DNA of 64,000 nt, taken from positions 107,613-171,612 of the forward strand of contig CAYXKX010000001.1 in NCBI GenBank assembly GCA_964465185.1, in the 5' to 3' direction. Every line of letters begins with the position of its first letter. The first letter of the stretch is position 1. A program made the translations under genes and the position numbers. Below, piece by piece: positions 1 to 8,823 of this stretch. Origin of the DNA: an uncultured Chitinophagaceae bacterium (GTDB lineage: Bacteria; Bacteroidota; Bacteroidia; Chitinophagales; JADJOU01). The notes beneath the pieces were generated by a model. That model made no database searches. It saw only the letters and a program-made list of their open reading frames with translations, and had not been told where the DNA came from.

Positions 1-2105
1 ATTATTTGTGATTTTTTATCCTCTTTCGTTGGAGTTTTTGTTATGACTTCTTGTTTTTTTGTCACGGTCTTTGCTGTGGAATCAATGGGAGTGTAGGTAG
101 GAATGGGTCTATTTTTCTGCATTTGTATGAAAAAAGAATCTGTTACCGCTTTATCTTCAGTTTTCATTTGAGCCAATAGCCTTGCCTCCTCTTCAGGTGT
201 TATAAGTTTAACTCTTGCTAGAAGATTTTTGGTGTTTTCTGATTTAGGAGTAAAAATTCTATCAGCTAAAACTTGCTCGCGAGTTCTGTTATCTGCTAGT
301 TTACTTGGAGGATCAGTAGAGACAGTAGCAAACATTTCTCCGGAGTTCGGATTTTTTATCAATGCATTTCTTTCGGCTTCCATAGCAGATTTTTGGGCAG
401 CTAGAACCGCCTCTCTTCGTCTTTCTTTTTCTCGCACTAGTTGTGTACTATCTTCTGCATACTTCTTGGCAGCTAGGATTCTATTAAAGCTATCTTTTGA
501 TGCCTTTACTCTAGCCATTGAAGCTTCAATTTCAGCTGCTTTGGCTCTGCGTATCGCTAACAAGGAATCTTGTTTTTTTTGTTTTTCGTTGGCTAATAAT
601 GAATCGCGCACGGCTTTCTTCATTTTCATTTCTGTAGCAGATTTTTCTCGCTCAGCCTTTACTTTTGCTATATCCTCCGCACGTTTTGAGGCAGTATTAT
701 TTTCTTCAGTAGGTTCAACATCCCTTGTTTGTTTTGTTCTTTGGTATCCTTCTTCTTCTTCTTCAATTTCTCTTGCAATTCTCCTAACAGCCTCACTGAC
801 TGTTTCATTTTCAGCTCTCTTATATGATTTTCTCGCAATAGTTTGAGGCCTTTTTTTCTCTACTGCGGGTTCAGCGTTTTTTGGTTTGGAAGCATTTAAC
901 TTTTCTGAAGAACTAATGTCTGATGGCGTTGGATTCATTTTTGCTTTTTCCTCTTCCCTTTTTCTTTTTGCTTCTTCTATTTTTTTATTGACCTCTGTCT
1001 TTTTTATTGAATCAGAAATAAATTTCTCTCGAACCTTAAGAGCTATTGTTTCTTTTTTTACTTTTAGAATTGAATCGCGCTTGAACTGGAGTTTATCCTT
1101 CTCTTCCTGCTCCATTTTTTTTGATGTTAATGCCAATTCCTCTCTCGCTTTTTTAGCGCTATCAATGGCTTTTTTGCGCAATTCTTCTCTTAATCTTCTC
1201 TCAGCCAATTTAGCAGAATCAATCACTGGCATTGGGGCCGTAGTTTTTACAGTATTATTGATTTTGGATTCCGAACCTAAAACATTCACCGCATTGTTCA
1301 ATTTACCATCGCTAGGAGGGGGTGGAGGCGGAACGTCTCCATCTAGTCTATAATTATTAGTGCTGACTGCATCTTTCGTGGTTTTATTTCCCGAGTAGTT
1401 TGTTACTTGATTATTTAAACTCTGGTCATTAGCAATATTGGAGGCTCCGATGCTTGTAACAGCTATATCAGAACTCTTTATGGCTTGGCCTCCGAAAGCA
1501 TTGTTTAAGTCGGTATAGAATTGGTCTAAAAGTCTTTTGATACTTGACCACATGGCTACGTTAGAGCCTTCCTTGAGGTTTGTATTGTAGGATTCATTAT
1601 ATCCATTTATATTCTTATTAAAGAAAGTATATTCCTGATAAGATTTCGTAAAAAGTACTTGAGAGCCTTTACTCACTTGTATATTTATCTTAGAAAGCAT
1701 CCAATAACCCTTTTCTGGAAAAGAAACAAAATTTGGATAAAGAACATCTAGGGTTGGCTCAACCTTATAAATATTATCACCTTGTGCAGAGTAATCTACG
1801 TTAATATTTGCTTTTGTTAGGTCTTGGCTTAGTTTGTTTTTGAAGAGAACATTCATAGGGTAGTTCCAAAAGTCACCAACCGCTTCAATCTTCACAGAGT
1901 CGTTCACCTGTTTATTCCAATTGAGAGATCTTCTATCTTTAAGTTCTGCTATATATACTGTAATTCCATTTTGATTGGTAAAGCTAAACTGTGAAGGGCT
2001 ATAATGCATGGATGTTCCATTACCCTTTAACTCTTTCTTTAGAGGGTTTTGTCCAATTGCTAGGAATGGAATAATTCCGAGCAAAATCAATAATCTATAT
2101 CTCAT
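1..2105 (-). CDS. Partial hypothetical secreted protein (3' end outside the window): signal peptide, N-terminal globular region, hexa-proline hinge, then a long Lys/Glu/Arg/Ala-rich helical region
   Basis: ATG at 2105..2103 gives MRYRLLILLGIIPFLAIGQN, a signal peptide. Codons 1331..1314 read PPPPPP in this frame. No bounded minus-strand ORF is listed in 1..2105, which fits a frame that stays open off the left edge. The plus-strand ORFs 229..846 and 886..1353 are S/F/L/A-rich antisense shadows of AAA/GAA-rich coding. Confidence 0.6.
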   Translation of the reverse strand, partial: MRYRLLILLGIIPFLAIGQNPLKKELKGNGTSMHYSPSQFSFTNQNGITVYIAELKDRRSLNWNKQVNDSVKIEAVGDFWNYPMNVLFKNKLSQDLTKANINVDYSAQGDNIYKVEPTLDVLYPNFVSFPEKGYWMLSKINIQVSKGSQVLFTKSYQEYTFFNKNINGYNESYNTNLKEGSNVAMWSSIKRLLDQFYTDLNNAFGGQAIKSSDIAVTSIGASNIANDQSLNNQVTNYSGNKTTKDAVSTNNYRLDGDVPPPPPPSDGKLNNAVNVLGSESKINNTVKTTAPMPVIDSAKLAERRLREELRKKAIDSAKKAREELALTSKKMEQEEKDKLQFKRDSILKVKKETIALKVREKFISDSIKKTEVNKKIEEAKRKREEEKAKMNPTPSDISSSEKLNASKPKNAEPAVEKKRPQTIARKSYKRAENETVSEAVRRIAREIEEEEEGYQRTKQTRDVEPTEENNTASKRAEDIAKVKAEREKSATEMKMKKAVRDSLLANEKQKKQDSLLAIRRAKAAEIEASMARVKASKDSFNRILAAKKYAEDSTQLVREKERRREAVLAAQKSAMEAERNALIKNPNSGEMFATVSTDPPSKLADNRTREQVLADRIFTPKSENTKNLLARVKLITPEEEARLLAQMKTEDKAVTDSFFIQMQKNRPIPTYTPIDSTAKTVTKKQEVITKTPTKEDKKSQI

Positions 2106-2205
2106 ATGTTGATATAACTTGGAAGGGTTATTTTTAAAAACCCAAAGGTAATGTTTTTTTATATTTTAACTGAAATAAAATAGATATCAGTACTTCGGAT
2201 GCCAT

Positions 2206-3105
2206 TTAAAACTCAAAAGTGAGACCCTCTATGGCTAGGTCGGTATTAGAAAAAATCGCTGAGGCCTCGGATAGCAGAGGCTGAAGGTCTAGATAGCGAG
2301 CAGAAAAGTGACCAATGAGTAGTTTTTTTACATTTGCTTTCAAGGCTACATGAGCGGCCTCAGCGGCGGTGGAATGCTTCGTCTCAATAGCTCGGGTTAA
2401 GTCTTTTTGCAAGAAAGTGGATTCATGATAAAGTAAATCAACTTCATATAAGTAATTAATGTAGGATTCATCAAATCTGGTATCGGTGCAGTAGGCGAAT
2501 GATTTTTTTGATGTATTTTCCTCTGAAATAGTATCTAGGGTAATGGTCTGATTGTCCTTCACTAGTATATTGTTCTGTACCAAATCCGCAATTTCTATTG
2601 GAGAGAGCCCGTGCTCCACAATCTTATCTTTCCGTATTTTTCTTTTTGGAAATATTTTATGAAAAATGAAACCGCAAGTATCTATTTTATGAATTAGGGG
2701 AATAGTTTCAACATGAATATTTACATCTAAAAAAATAGTTTGATGCACCATACTCGTTTCTATGAATCGAACGGGAAATCGGATTATAGTTTTGGAAATT
2801 TTGCATTGCAAATCAATTATGTCCTTTAACCCTGGAGGACAAATGATTGTAAGTTCATCCGTCTTTTCGTGCATACTCATTGTGGTTAGAAGTCCAATGA
2901 GGCCATAATAATGATCACCATGCAAGTGCGATATAAATATAGCTTTAATTTTATTTTTTTTGACTCCAAAACTATTAAGTCGAAAGAGGGTACCTTCTCC
3001 GCAGTCTATGAGATAGGTGTGGTCATTGACAGTGAGCAACTGGCTAGAAGGATGTCTATCTAAATAGGGGGTAGCACTGCTGCTGCCTAGAATCGTTAAT
3101 TTCAC
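2206..3105 (-). CDS. rnz: Ribonuclease Z (short-form ElaC, metallo-beta-lactamase fold)
   Basis: 299 aa with the motif ISHLHGDH (HxHxDH), an N-terminal LGSSSATP and a C-terminal HFS. GTG start at 3105 directly abuts the stop of the upstream STAS gene. Confidence 0.85.
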   Translation of the reverse strand: MKLTILGSSSATPYLDRHPSSQLLTVNDHTYLIDCGEGTLFRLNSFGVKKNKIKAIFISHLHGDHYYGLIGLLTTMSMHEKTDELTIICPPGLKDIIDLQCKISKTIIRFPVRFIETSMVHQTIFLDVNIHVETIPLIHKIDTCGFIFHKIFPKRKIRKDKIVEHGLSPIEIADLVQNNILVKDNQTITLDTISEENTSKKSFAYCTDTRFDESYINYLYEVDLLYHESTFLQKDLTRAIETKHSTAAEAAHVALKANVKKLLIGHFSARYLDLQPLLSEASAIFSNTDLAIEGLTFEF

Positions 3106-3483
3106 TTAGTTGTCTTCAGCAGATAAATCTCTTTCTAGCTCCTCAAGGATAAGTAAATCAATGGCTTCTTTTTGCGTATGCGCTATGATTAGAACCTTAT
3201 CTAATTTAGCTATTCGTATCAAATTGCTGTTATTCTCGTTTAGACCATAGATGACGAGAAAGCCATTATTTTCTTTGGTGGTTCGGTCAGCATTTAATAA
3301 CGCTCCAAGGCCACTGGAATCCATGAATTCGAGCTCAGACAAATTGAGCAGAATGGAATTGTAACCTTCTGCAACTAAAATGGCGATTTCCGATTTTAAA
3401 TCGGAGCTATTGTGGCTGGTTAGATTTTTTTCTTTTATACTGAAAATAGTATAGCGTTCATTTTTTTCTATGGTGCTTTTCAT
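3106..3483 (-). CDS. STAS-domain protein (SpoIIAA-like anti-sigma-factor antagonist)
   Basis: The motif LEFMDSSGLGALL is typical of STAS/SpoIIAA proteins. I place the start at the ATG at 3483 (MKSTIEK), because the longer ORF-track start at 3537 would overlap the upstream gene. Confidence 0.7.
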   Translation of the reverse strand: MKSTIEKNERYTIFSIKEKNLTSHNSSDLKSEIAILVAEGYNSILLNLSELEFMDSSGLGALLNADRTTKENNGFLVIYGLNENNSNLIRIAKLDKVLIIAHTQKEAIDLLILEELERDLSAEDN

Positions 3484-3523
3484 TTTATGGGGATTAATGC
3501 TGGATAGATGGTTATAGTTAATT

Positions 3524-4186
3524 CTACCAAAGTCCAAAATGGATAGAGGTAAAGGCCGTTGGAATAATCTGATTGTAGGTTAATTCATTTTTCATCAGAT
3601 TGACTTTAATTCCTGTAATCAAATAGGCGGTCTGGGAAAATCGAGAAACTATACCTCCGCCAGCAAAGGCGTTGAAGTTAACTTTGTTGTAAGATGGAAA
3701 ACCAGAAACACTGGTAGTATTGTAAAAACCAACACCCTCTACTTGAAGAAAAACTTCAGGGATAGGATAGGCTCTTAAAATGGGGCCAGCACTTATTGAG
3801 TGGGAATTAATCACTCCAAAGGATCCAGTATAAGAATATGAAGTAGACAAACCCCCTTCGAAGTATTCTGACATAACATAGGTCAGTTGGGGACTTAACA
3901 TGATAAAAAATAGCTGTCCGTCGTAAAATCCCGATTGGTAGTAATACGAGCCTAGGTTAAAGGCCCCACCGATGCGCAGATTTCGCTTAAAGTCAGACAT
4001 ACCACTATAGGCTTTACTATTATCGTCGCCTTGCGGTTCTTCTTTTTTTTTGTCAGATACATCTATGGAGTCAGACTTTTTGTAAATTGGTTCTTTCTGA
4101 TCAAGCTTTCCATTTTTATCATATTCGTCTTGAGCCATAAGCGATATGGATGATAAAATGAGAAAACTGGTGAAGATTAATTTCAT
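3524..4186 (-). CDS. Hypothetical outer-membrane beta-barrel protein
   Basis: Signal peptide MKLIFTSFLILSSISLMAQ. The body is Gly/Tyr/Ser-rich with alternating hydrophobic residues, and the C-terminus is aromatic (HFGLW), as in OMP beta-barrels. Confidence 0.5.
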   Translation of the reverse strand: MKLIFTSFLILSSISLMAQDEYDKNGKLDQKEPIYKKSDSIDVSDKKKEEPQGDDNSKAYSGMSDFKRNLRIGGAFNLGSYYYQSGFYDGQLFFIMLSPQLTYVMSEYFEGGLSTSYSYTGSFGVINSHSISAGPILRAYPIPEVFLQVEGVGFYNTTSVSGFPSYNKVNFNAFAGGGIVSRFSQTAYLITGIKVNLMKNELTYNQIIPTAFTSIHFGLW

Positions 4187-4432
4187 AATATTGTTTATTG
4201 TTGTATTAAAATGAGCATATTTCGTTGTAAAAGTTTTTCGGTATGGGATTCAAAGTAAATTGAGGAGAATTTTTATTTCATTTTTTTTAGGGTAATGTAT
4301 AGCAAATTTAAGAGAAAGTTTTTATCTGTCTAGCATAAAATAAGTAAAGGTGTAGATAATTTATTATATCTACAGTTGAACTCACTATCTCATGAGAGAA
4401 TGAACTAATTACACTATTTTTGTTACCGAATA

Positions 4433-5176
4433 ATGTTGGAAATGGATTTCTTAAGTAGAAGTGAGCTTTTGATAGGTAAACAGGGTTTAGAAAAGTTGAA
4501 GCAAGCCCATGTATTGGTTGTAGGTCTAGGAGGAGTGGGTAGTTATGCTGCAGAAGCCTTGGCTAGGGCTGGAGTGGGTGAAATGACAATTGTGGATGGC
4601 GATAGGGTAGTAGCATCCAATATTAACAGGCAATTACAAGCACTTTGCAGTACTATCGGTCATTCCAAATCTGAACTGATGACCAAGCGATTAAAGGATG
4701 TAAATCCGGCACTGATATTGCATGAAATGAATCAGTTTTTAAATCCAGAAGATATTAGCAAACTTCTAAATAACAACTTTTCATTCGTTCTGGATTGTAT
4801 TGATTCTGTTACACCTAAATTAAATATGATAAAAATTTGCAAACAACGCAAGCTCAAATTTATTTCTTCTATGGGTGCAGGAGGAAAAACAGATCCTGCT
4901 CGGATAAAAATAGTAGATATCAATGAAACCAGAGATTGTTTCTTCTCAAGAGAGATTAGAAAGAGGCTTCGAAGGGAACATTATAATTATGGAATAAAAG
5001 TAGTATACTCCGATGAGGTGGTCTATAAAGATAAAATGGAGTTAACAGATGGTACGCATTTTAAAAAATCATATTATGGTACCATATCCTACATGCCAGC
5101 TATGTTTGGCTTAACTATGGCCAGTTATGTGATCCGAAAAATTTTAGCGTCTCAAACAGTCAAAGGCCTGTCCTAG
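4433..5176 (+). CDS. tcdA: tRNA threonylcarbamoyladenosine dehydratase (ThiF/MoeB-family E1-like, TcdA/CsdL)
   Basis: Contains VVGLGGVGSYAAEALARAGVG..IVDGD.V..SNINRQ, a Rossmann/ThiF motif, and its length matches TcdA. An exact TAnnTTTG box at 4415..4422 lies just upstream. Confidence 0.8.
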   Translation: MLEMDFLSRSELLIGKQGLEKLKQAHVLVVGLGGVGSYAAEALARAGVGEMTIVDGDRVVASNINRQLQALCSTIGHSKSELMTKRLKDVNPALILHEMNQFLNPEDISKLLNNNFSFVLDCIDSVTPKLNMIKICKQRKLKFISSMGAGGKTDPARIKIVDINETRDCFFSREIRKRLRREHYNYGIKVVYSDEVVYKDKMELTDGTHFKKSYYGTISYMPAMFGLTMASYVIRKILASQTVKGLS

Positions 5177-6661
5177 GCTTTCAGTAATATCTGATGCAAT
5201 CATTGCCTCTTGGCTAAATTTCTCGGACGCCAAATCGCCTGCTAAACCATGAATATAAACTCCTAATAGGCAAGAATCGAGAGCTGAATATCCTTGAGCT
5301 AAGAGCCCCGTGATGATTCCTGTAAGCACATCTCCACTGCCCCCAGTGGCCATGCCTGGATTCCCGGTAGAGTTAAAAAAGATATCTCCATTCGGGCAAG
5401 CAATGCTCGTATGAGCACCTTTTAGTATAAGGTAAATTTTATATTGTATGGCAAACGCCCTCTGCAGTTCCAATCTTTCAGTGTCATCCACCGCTTTTTT
5501 AGAAAGTCTCTCGAATTCTTTGGGATGAGGAGTCAGTATCGAGTTGGCTGGAAGTTTAGATAGCCAATTTTTATTTTCTGCTAGAATATTTAGCGCATCC
5601 GCATCAAAAATTATAGGAACATGGGCATTATCTATCAATCTTTTTAAGAACTTTTGTGTCTGTTTGTCTTTGCCTATGCCCGGCCCAATCCCTATTGCTG
5701 TATATTTCTCTTGCGCAATGAAGTTTGCGATATGATACTTAGAATTATCTACAACGACCATAGCTTCTGGTATTGCGGTTTGCATTATTTCATAACCACA
5801 TTGTGGAATATGCGAAGTCAAAAGTCCCACTCCTGATCTCAAACATGCCTTAGCGCTCAATATGGCGGCACCCATTTTCCCATAACTACCAGCAATCAGT
5901 AGGGCATGACCATGGCTACCCTTGTGTGAGAATTTAGTTCTTTTTTTTAATATCGATTTAATATCCTTAAATTCGACATAATAATTTGGGCATTTGACTT
6001 CAGATAAGTAATCGTTATGTAAGCCGATATGGAGCAAATAAAATTTTCCTACGTACTCTCCAGAACTAGGTAGCAGAAAAGATAATTTAGGTGTTTGAAG
6101 CGATAAAGTAATAGTTGCTTTAATGGCAGTAGCGAGATTATCAGATGCATTATTTTCGCAAAATAGCCCAGAAGGAACGTCTATAGAAGCAATTTCATTT
6201 TCAGAACTGTTTAGCAGCAGAAAAGCTTTGGCTAACCAACCATCTATTGGCCTGCTCAAGCCCGAACCGAATACTGCATCAATGACAATTCCATCCGTTG
6301 GAATTGATTTTAAGATCCTTCGGTAGTTATTCTCGTTTATATAAATAAGCTTTGTTTTGTTTTTAATTAATCGAGCCTCATTTTTTCTAAAATTTGCAGA
6401 GAATTTATCGGAATATCCAAAAATGTAAACTCGAATAGAGTAATTTTTTTCAATCAAAAGTCGGGCGATAACCAATCCATCTCCCCCGTTATTGCCTAGG
6501 CCACAAAGACAGTGGAGGGTTTGGGTTTTATCATAGGTATTGATTAGCCAGTTGAAACAAGCGTTTGCGGCTCTTTCCATGAGGTCTATAGATGCAATTG
6601 GTTCATGCTTTATAGTAAAAGCATCGGCTTCTCTGATTTGAAGGGCACTAAGAATCTTCAC
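5144..6661 (-). CDS. nnr: Bifunctional NAD(P)H-hydrate repair enzyme Nnr (epimerase plus ADP-dependent dehydratase, YjeF)
   Basis: 505 aa. The N-terminal YjeF_N motif is GLGNNGGDG and the C-terminal kinase-like motif is ATGGSGDVLTG. GTG start. Its 3' end overlaps the convergent tcdA gene by 33 nt. Confidence 0.85.
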   Translation of the reverse strand: MKILSALQIREADAFTIKHEPIASIDLMERAANACFNWLINTYDKTQTLHCLCGLGNNGGDGLVIARLLIEKNYSIRVYIFGYSDKFSANFRKNEARLIKNKTKLIYINENNYRRILKSIPTDGIVIDAVFGSGLSRPIDGWLAKAFLLLNSSENEIASIDVPSGLFCENNASDNLATAIKATITLSLQTPKLSFLLPSSGEYVGKFYLLHIGLHNDYLSEVKCPNYYVEFKDIKSILKKRTKFSHKGSHGHALLIAGSYGKMGAAILSAKACLRSGVGLLTSHIPQCGYEIMQTAIPEAMVVVDNSKYHIANFIAQEKYTAIGIGPGIGKDKQTQKFLKRLIDNAHVPIIFDADALNILAENKNWLSKLPANSILTPHPKEFERLSKKAVDDTERLELQRAFAIQYKIYLILKGAHTSIACPNGDIFFNSTGNPGMATGGSGDVLTGIITGLLAQGYSALDSCLLGVYIHGLAGDLASEKFSQEAMIASDITESLGQAFDCLRR

Positions 6662-6831
6662 TGCCAGAATTGGTTTTGTGAAAACTTATTTTGGAGCTGG
6701 TACATTTAACTTATTTAGTTTTTATAAGAAATTTCATATGGAGATAACAAGTTTAAACTAGGATGTGAAAGAATAATACAATGGATGAATTCTTTGATAG
6801 CAAAATGGGAAATTTTTAGTTGGCGTGCGAA

Positions 6832-6930
6832 TTATTCCTCATCATCAGTAAATTCCTTTATTTCTAAAGCAAAACCAAAAATTAACAACAAGGTAACAAG
6901 ACCAGCAAAATAGGGAAGTAAACTAACCAT
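6832..6930 (-). CDS. Possible 32-aa single-pass membrane peptide with an acidic tail (not in the ORF track)
   Basis: Hand translation gives MVSLLPYFAGLVTLLLIFGFALEIKEFTDDEE. Its ATG sits inside the last codons of the upstream small gene (AAAAATGGTTAG), an 8-nt overlap that suggests coupling. Confidence 0.25.
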   Translation of the reverse strand: MVSLLPYFAGLVTLLLIFGFALEIKEFTDDEE

Positions 6931-7108
6931 TTTTTGTTCTTTTAATTAGTTTTAAATAAATCCCAAATCCCAGTATGGAAGGCACCCAGATACCAACGAA
7001 TAGCGCATCAATTTTTTCACCTTGAAAATACATAATTTCAGAAAATACTAATGATAAAAGTGCTACAGCAAGTATGATAATATCTGCGAGCGAAAATTTT
7101 CTAAACAT
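6923..7108 (-). CDS. Small hypothetical membrane protein (two predicted TM helices)
   Basis: 61 aa with two hydrophobic stretches (IIILAVALLSLVF and FVGIWVPSILGFGIYL) and an ATG start. Confidence 0.4.
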   Translation of the reverse strand: MFRKFSLADIIILAVALLSLVFSEIMYFQGEKIDALFVGIWVPSILGFGIYLKLIKRTKNG

Positions 7109-7339
7109 TGTTTCTAAATTTTAGTGTAGGCAATATTACCTGTTTTTCTACCAAAATAAATATTTATTTAGCGGACTTTTTAGAGTGGTAGAAGGGAGCA
7201 TAAATAAGAGTATCCTTTCGTTTGCCCTATTCTTTTTTAGGGTCGGGGTTGTTTTAATAATAATTGACTTTGATAGTTATAAAAAATTAATGCAATAGCT
7301 TAATTTCATCCTCTAATTCAAAACTGAAGAATCTAAAAT

Positions 7340-8797
7340 CTATTTTTGGTTATAGCAGCCTGATCTTTTATCTTTTTTATTTCCTACATAATCAATACCA
7401 TCTTCTTTTTCTCTATTGCCAAAAGGCATGATTTTTAAACTTAAATAAACATCAGCTCCTCGAAGTTTGGGTTGAGAAAAGAGCAAAGCATTAATATGAT
7501 CAGAGCCAATTGTCAATAAACCTAATCGGATATATGTTCCAATTCCTAGCCATGTATCTTCTGTGAGTGATACATTGGCCCCAGCCTCAAACCAGCGCAT
7601 TTCATAGCGGGCGCCGATAGCCATCACATTTGGAGCGGCTATTTGTCTTTCCAAGGTTTTTAGTCGACGACCTATAAAGGCATTAATATAGAAATCGGAT
7701 CGAATATTATAGTCCCAGGTTAGGTTTATTGAAGTAGGCGTATGTATGGTCATTTCATTGGAGATTTTAGATTTGAAAGAGTCTCCCTGATAAACTGCTG
7801 CCGATAGTCGTTTTATTAAGTCATAATTGTGATTTAAATTATTGTTTATGGTAGTTAAAACTCCAAAATCGACTTCTCTAATAGAATAATTATGTTGCTC
7901 GGTATTCTTATCAAACTTAATAGAACCAAAGTCTTTAACAGCTATTCCAAATTTCATGTAATGGGGGCTATTAGACTCCCCTTCTTCATTCGGAATAATA
8001 TATTCAGCCCCGAGGTCTAGCCCAAAGCCGGTACCTTGTACGCCGAAATTATAGTTGTTAGAAGAACGGGAAGCACCACTAGCAAAACCAAAAGCAGCAT
8101 TAGCGGTAGAGGCAAAAAAAGTATCGCGTTCGCGATAAAAGTTATAATCGGATTTATTTTGAATGTAGGCGGCTTCAAATCCCAATAAATACTTAGGGTT
8201 GGCTCCGACGGCAAGGGTATGTCCATTTTCCAGCTCAAGAGCATACCCAATATTGAGTCCAATCTCTCCCCACGCCATGGCATTGACCGAGAAAGGTGTG
8301 ATTTTGTATGACTGAAAATCGATCAGCTGCTGCAAGTTTCCATAGTTAAAGAAATTTGGGGCATCTAAACCATCAGCCGCTATTTTGATATTGGAGAAGA
8401 CGCCGAAAGAAAATCGTTTGACTTTAAAACAAAACGATGGAAGATGAATCGTTTGTTGGATCATGAGTCCGGTAAGGGTTTGGTCGTATGTATTAGCGAA
8501 AAATAGTGAATTTTTATCCTTACTATAATCAAAAGGAAGTGTATCCATGCCGTTCATAATTGATTTACCTGGCGCAGACAGCAGGCTTTCATCTTGAAGA
8601 TATCCGTATTCTGTGAAAAAAAATAATCCTGTACCAAGGATATTTACATCCCAATTAGGTTTTTTGGTTACGAAACTTGCAGGATTTTCTTGTATACCAT
8701 AAACTCCTGAATAGCCACCTATATGATTTCCAAGGTATCGCTGTGCAAAAGAGAAATTGAACACATTGCTTAAAAAAAGAATAAGAAGCAGTCTCAT
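7340..8797 (-). CDS. Hypothetical outer-membrane beta-barrel protein (resembles Bacteroidota DUF5723/FadL-TraF-like porins)
   Basis: Signal peptide MRLLLILFLSNVFNFSFAQ. 485 aa with Gly/Asn/Tyr/Phe-rich alternating strands throughout. The family assignment is from memory only. Confidence 0.55.
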   Translation of the reverse strand: MRLLLILFLSNVFNFSFAQRYLGNHIGGYSGVYGIQENPASFVTKKPNWDVNILGTGLFFFTEYGYLQDESLLSAPGKSIMNGMDTLPFDYSKDKNSLFFANTYDQTLTGLMIQQTIHLPSFCFKVKRFSFGVFSNIKIAADGLDAPNFFNYGNLQQLIDFQSYKITPFSVNAMAWGEIGLNIGYALELENGHTLAVGANPKYLLGFEAAYIQNKSDYNFYRERDTFFASTANAAFGFASGASRSSNNYNFGVQGTGFGLDLGAEYIIPNEEGESNSPHYMKFGIAVKDFGSIKFDKNTEQHNYSIREVDFGVLTTINNNLNHNYDLIKRLSAAVYQGDSFKSKISNEMTIHTPTSINLTWDYNIRSDFYINAFIGRRLKTLERQIAAPNVMAIGARYEMRWFEAGANVSLTEDTWLGIGTYIRLGLLTIGSDHINALLFSQPKLRGADVYLSLKIMPFGNREKEDGIDYVGNKKDKRSGCYNQK

Positions 8798-8823
8798 TTC
8801 TTAAGAACTAAAAAATGTAAAGA

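Noticed and set aside
229-1353. Plus-strand ORFs 229..846 (205 aa) and 886..1353 (155 aa)
   Set aside because: They are low-complexity S/F/L/A-rich translations lying antisense to a Lys/Glu-rich minus-strand gene that has a proper signal peptide and start at 2105. They are shadow ORFs.
2107-2205. Hairpin GGGTT-N9-AACCC between rnz and the left-edge gene, considered as a terminator
   Set aside because: The stem is only 5 bp, the loop is large, and no T-run follows on the relevant strand.
3484-3537. 18-codon N-terminal extension of the STAS gene
   Set aside because: It would overlap the 3' end of the upstream OMP gene by 14 nt, and the extension has no STAS-domain counterpart. The ATG at 3483 is the simpler choice.
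8017-8283. Antisense or alternative-frame ORFs inside longer genes (for example 8017..8283, 11360..11854, 24730..25020, 26686..26961, 36871..37158, 37387..37713, 40586..40876, 48213..48470, 58275..58607, 61817..62053)
   Set aside because: Each lies wholly within a longer ORF that has clear family motifs. None has a recognisable motif or signal of its own.
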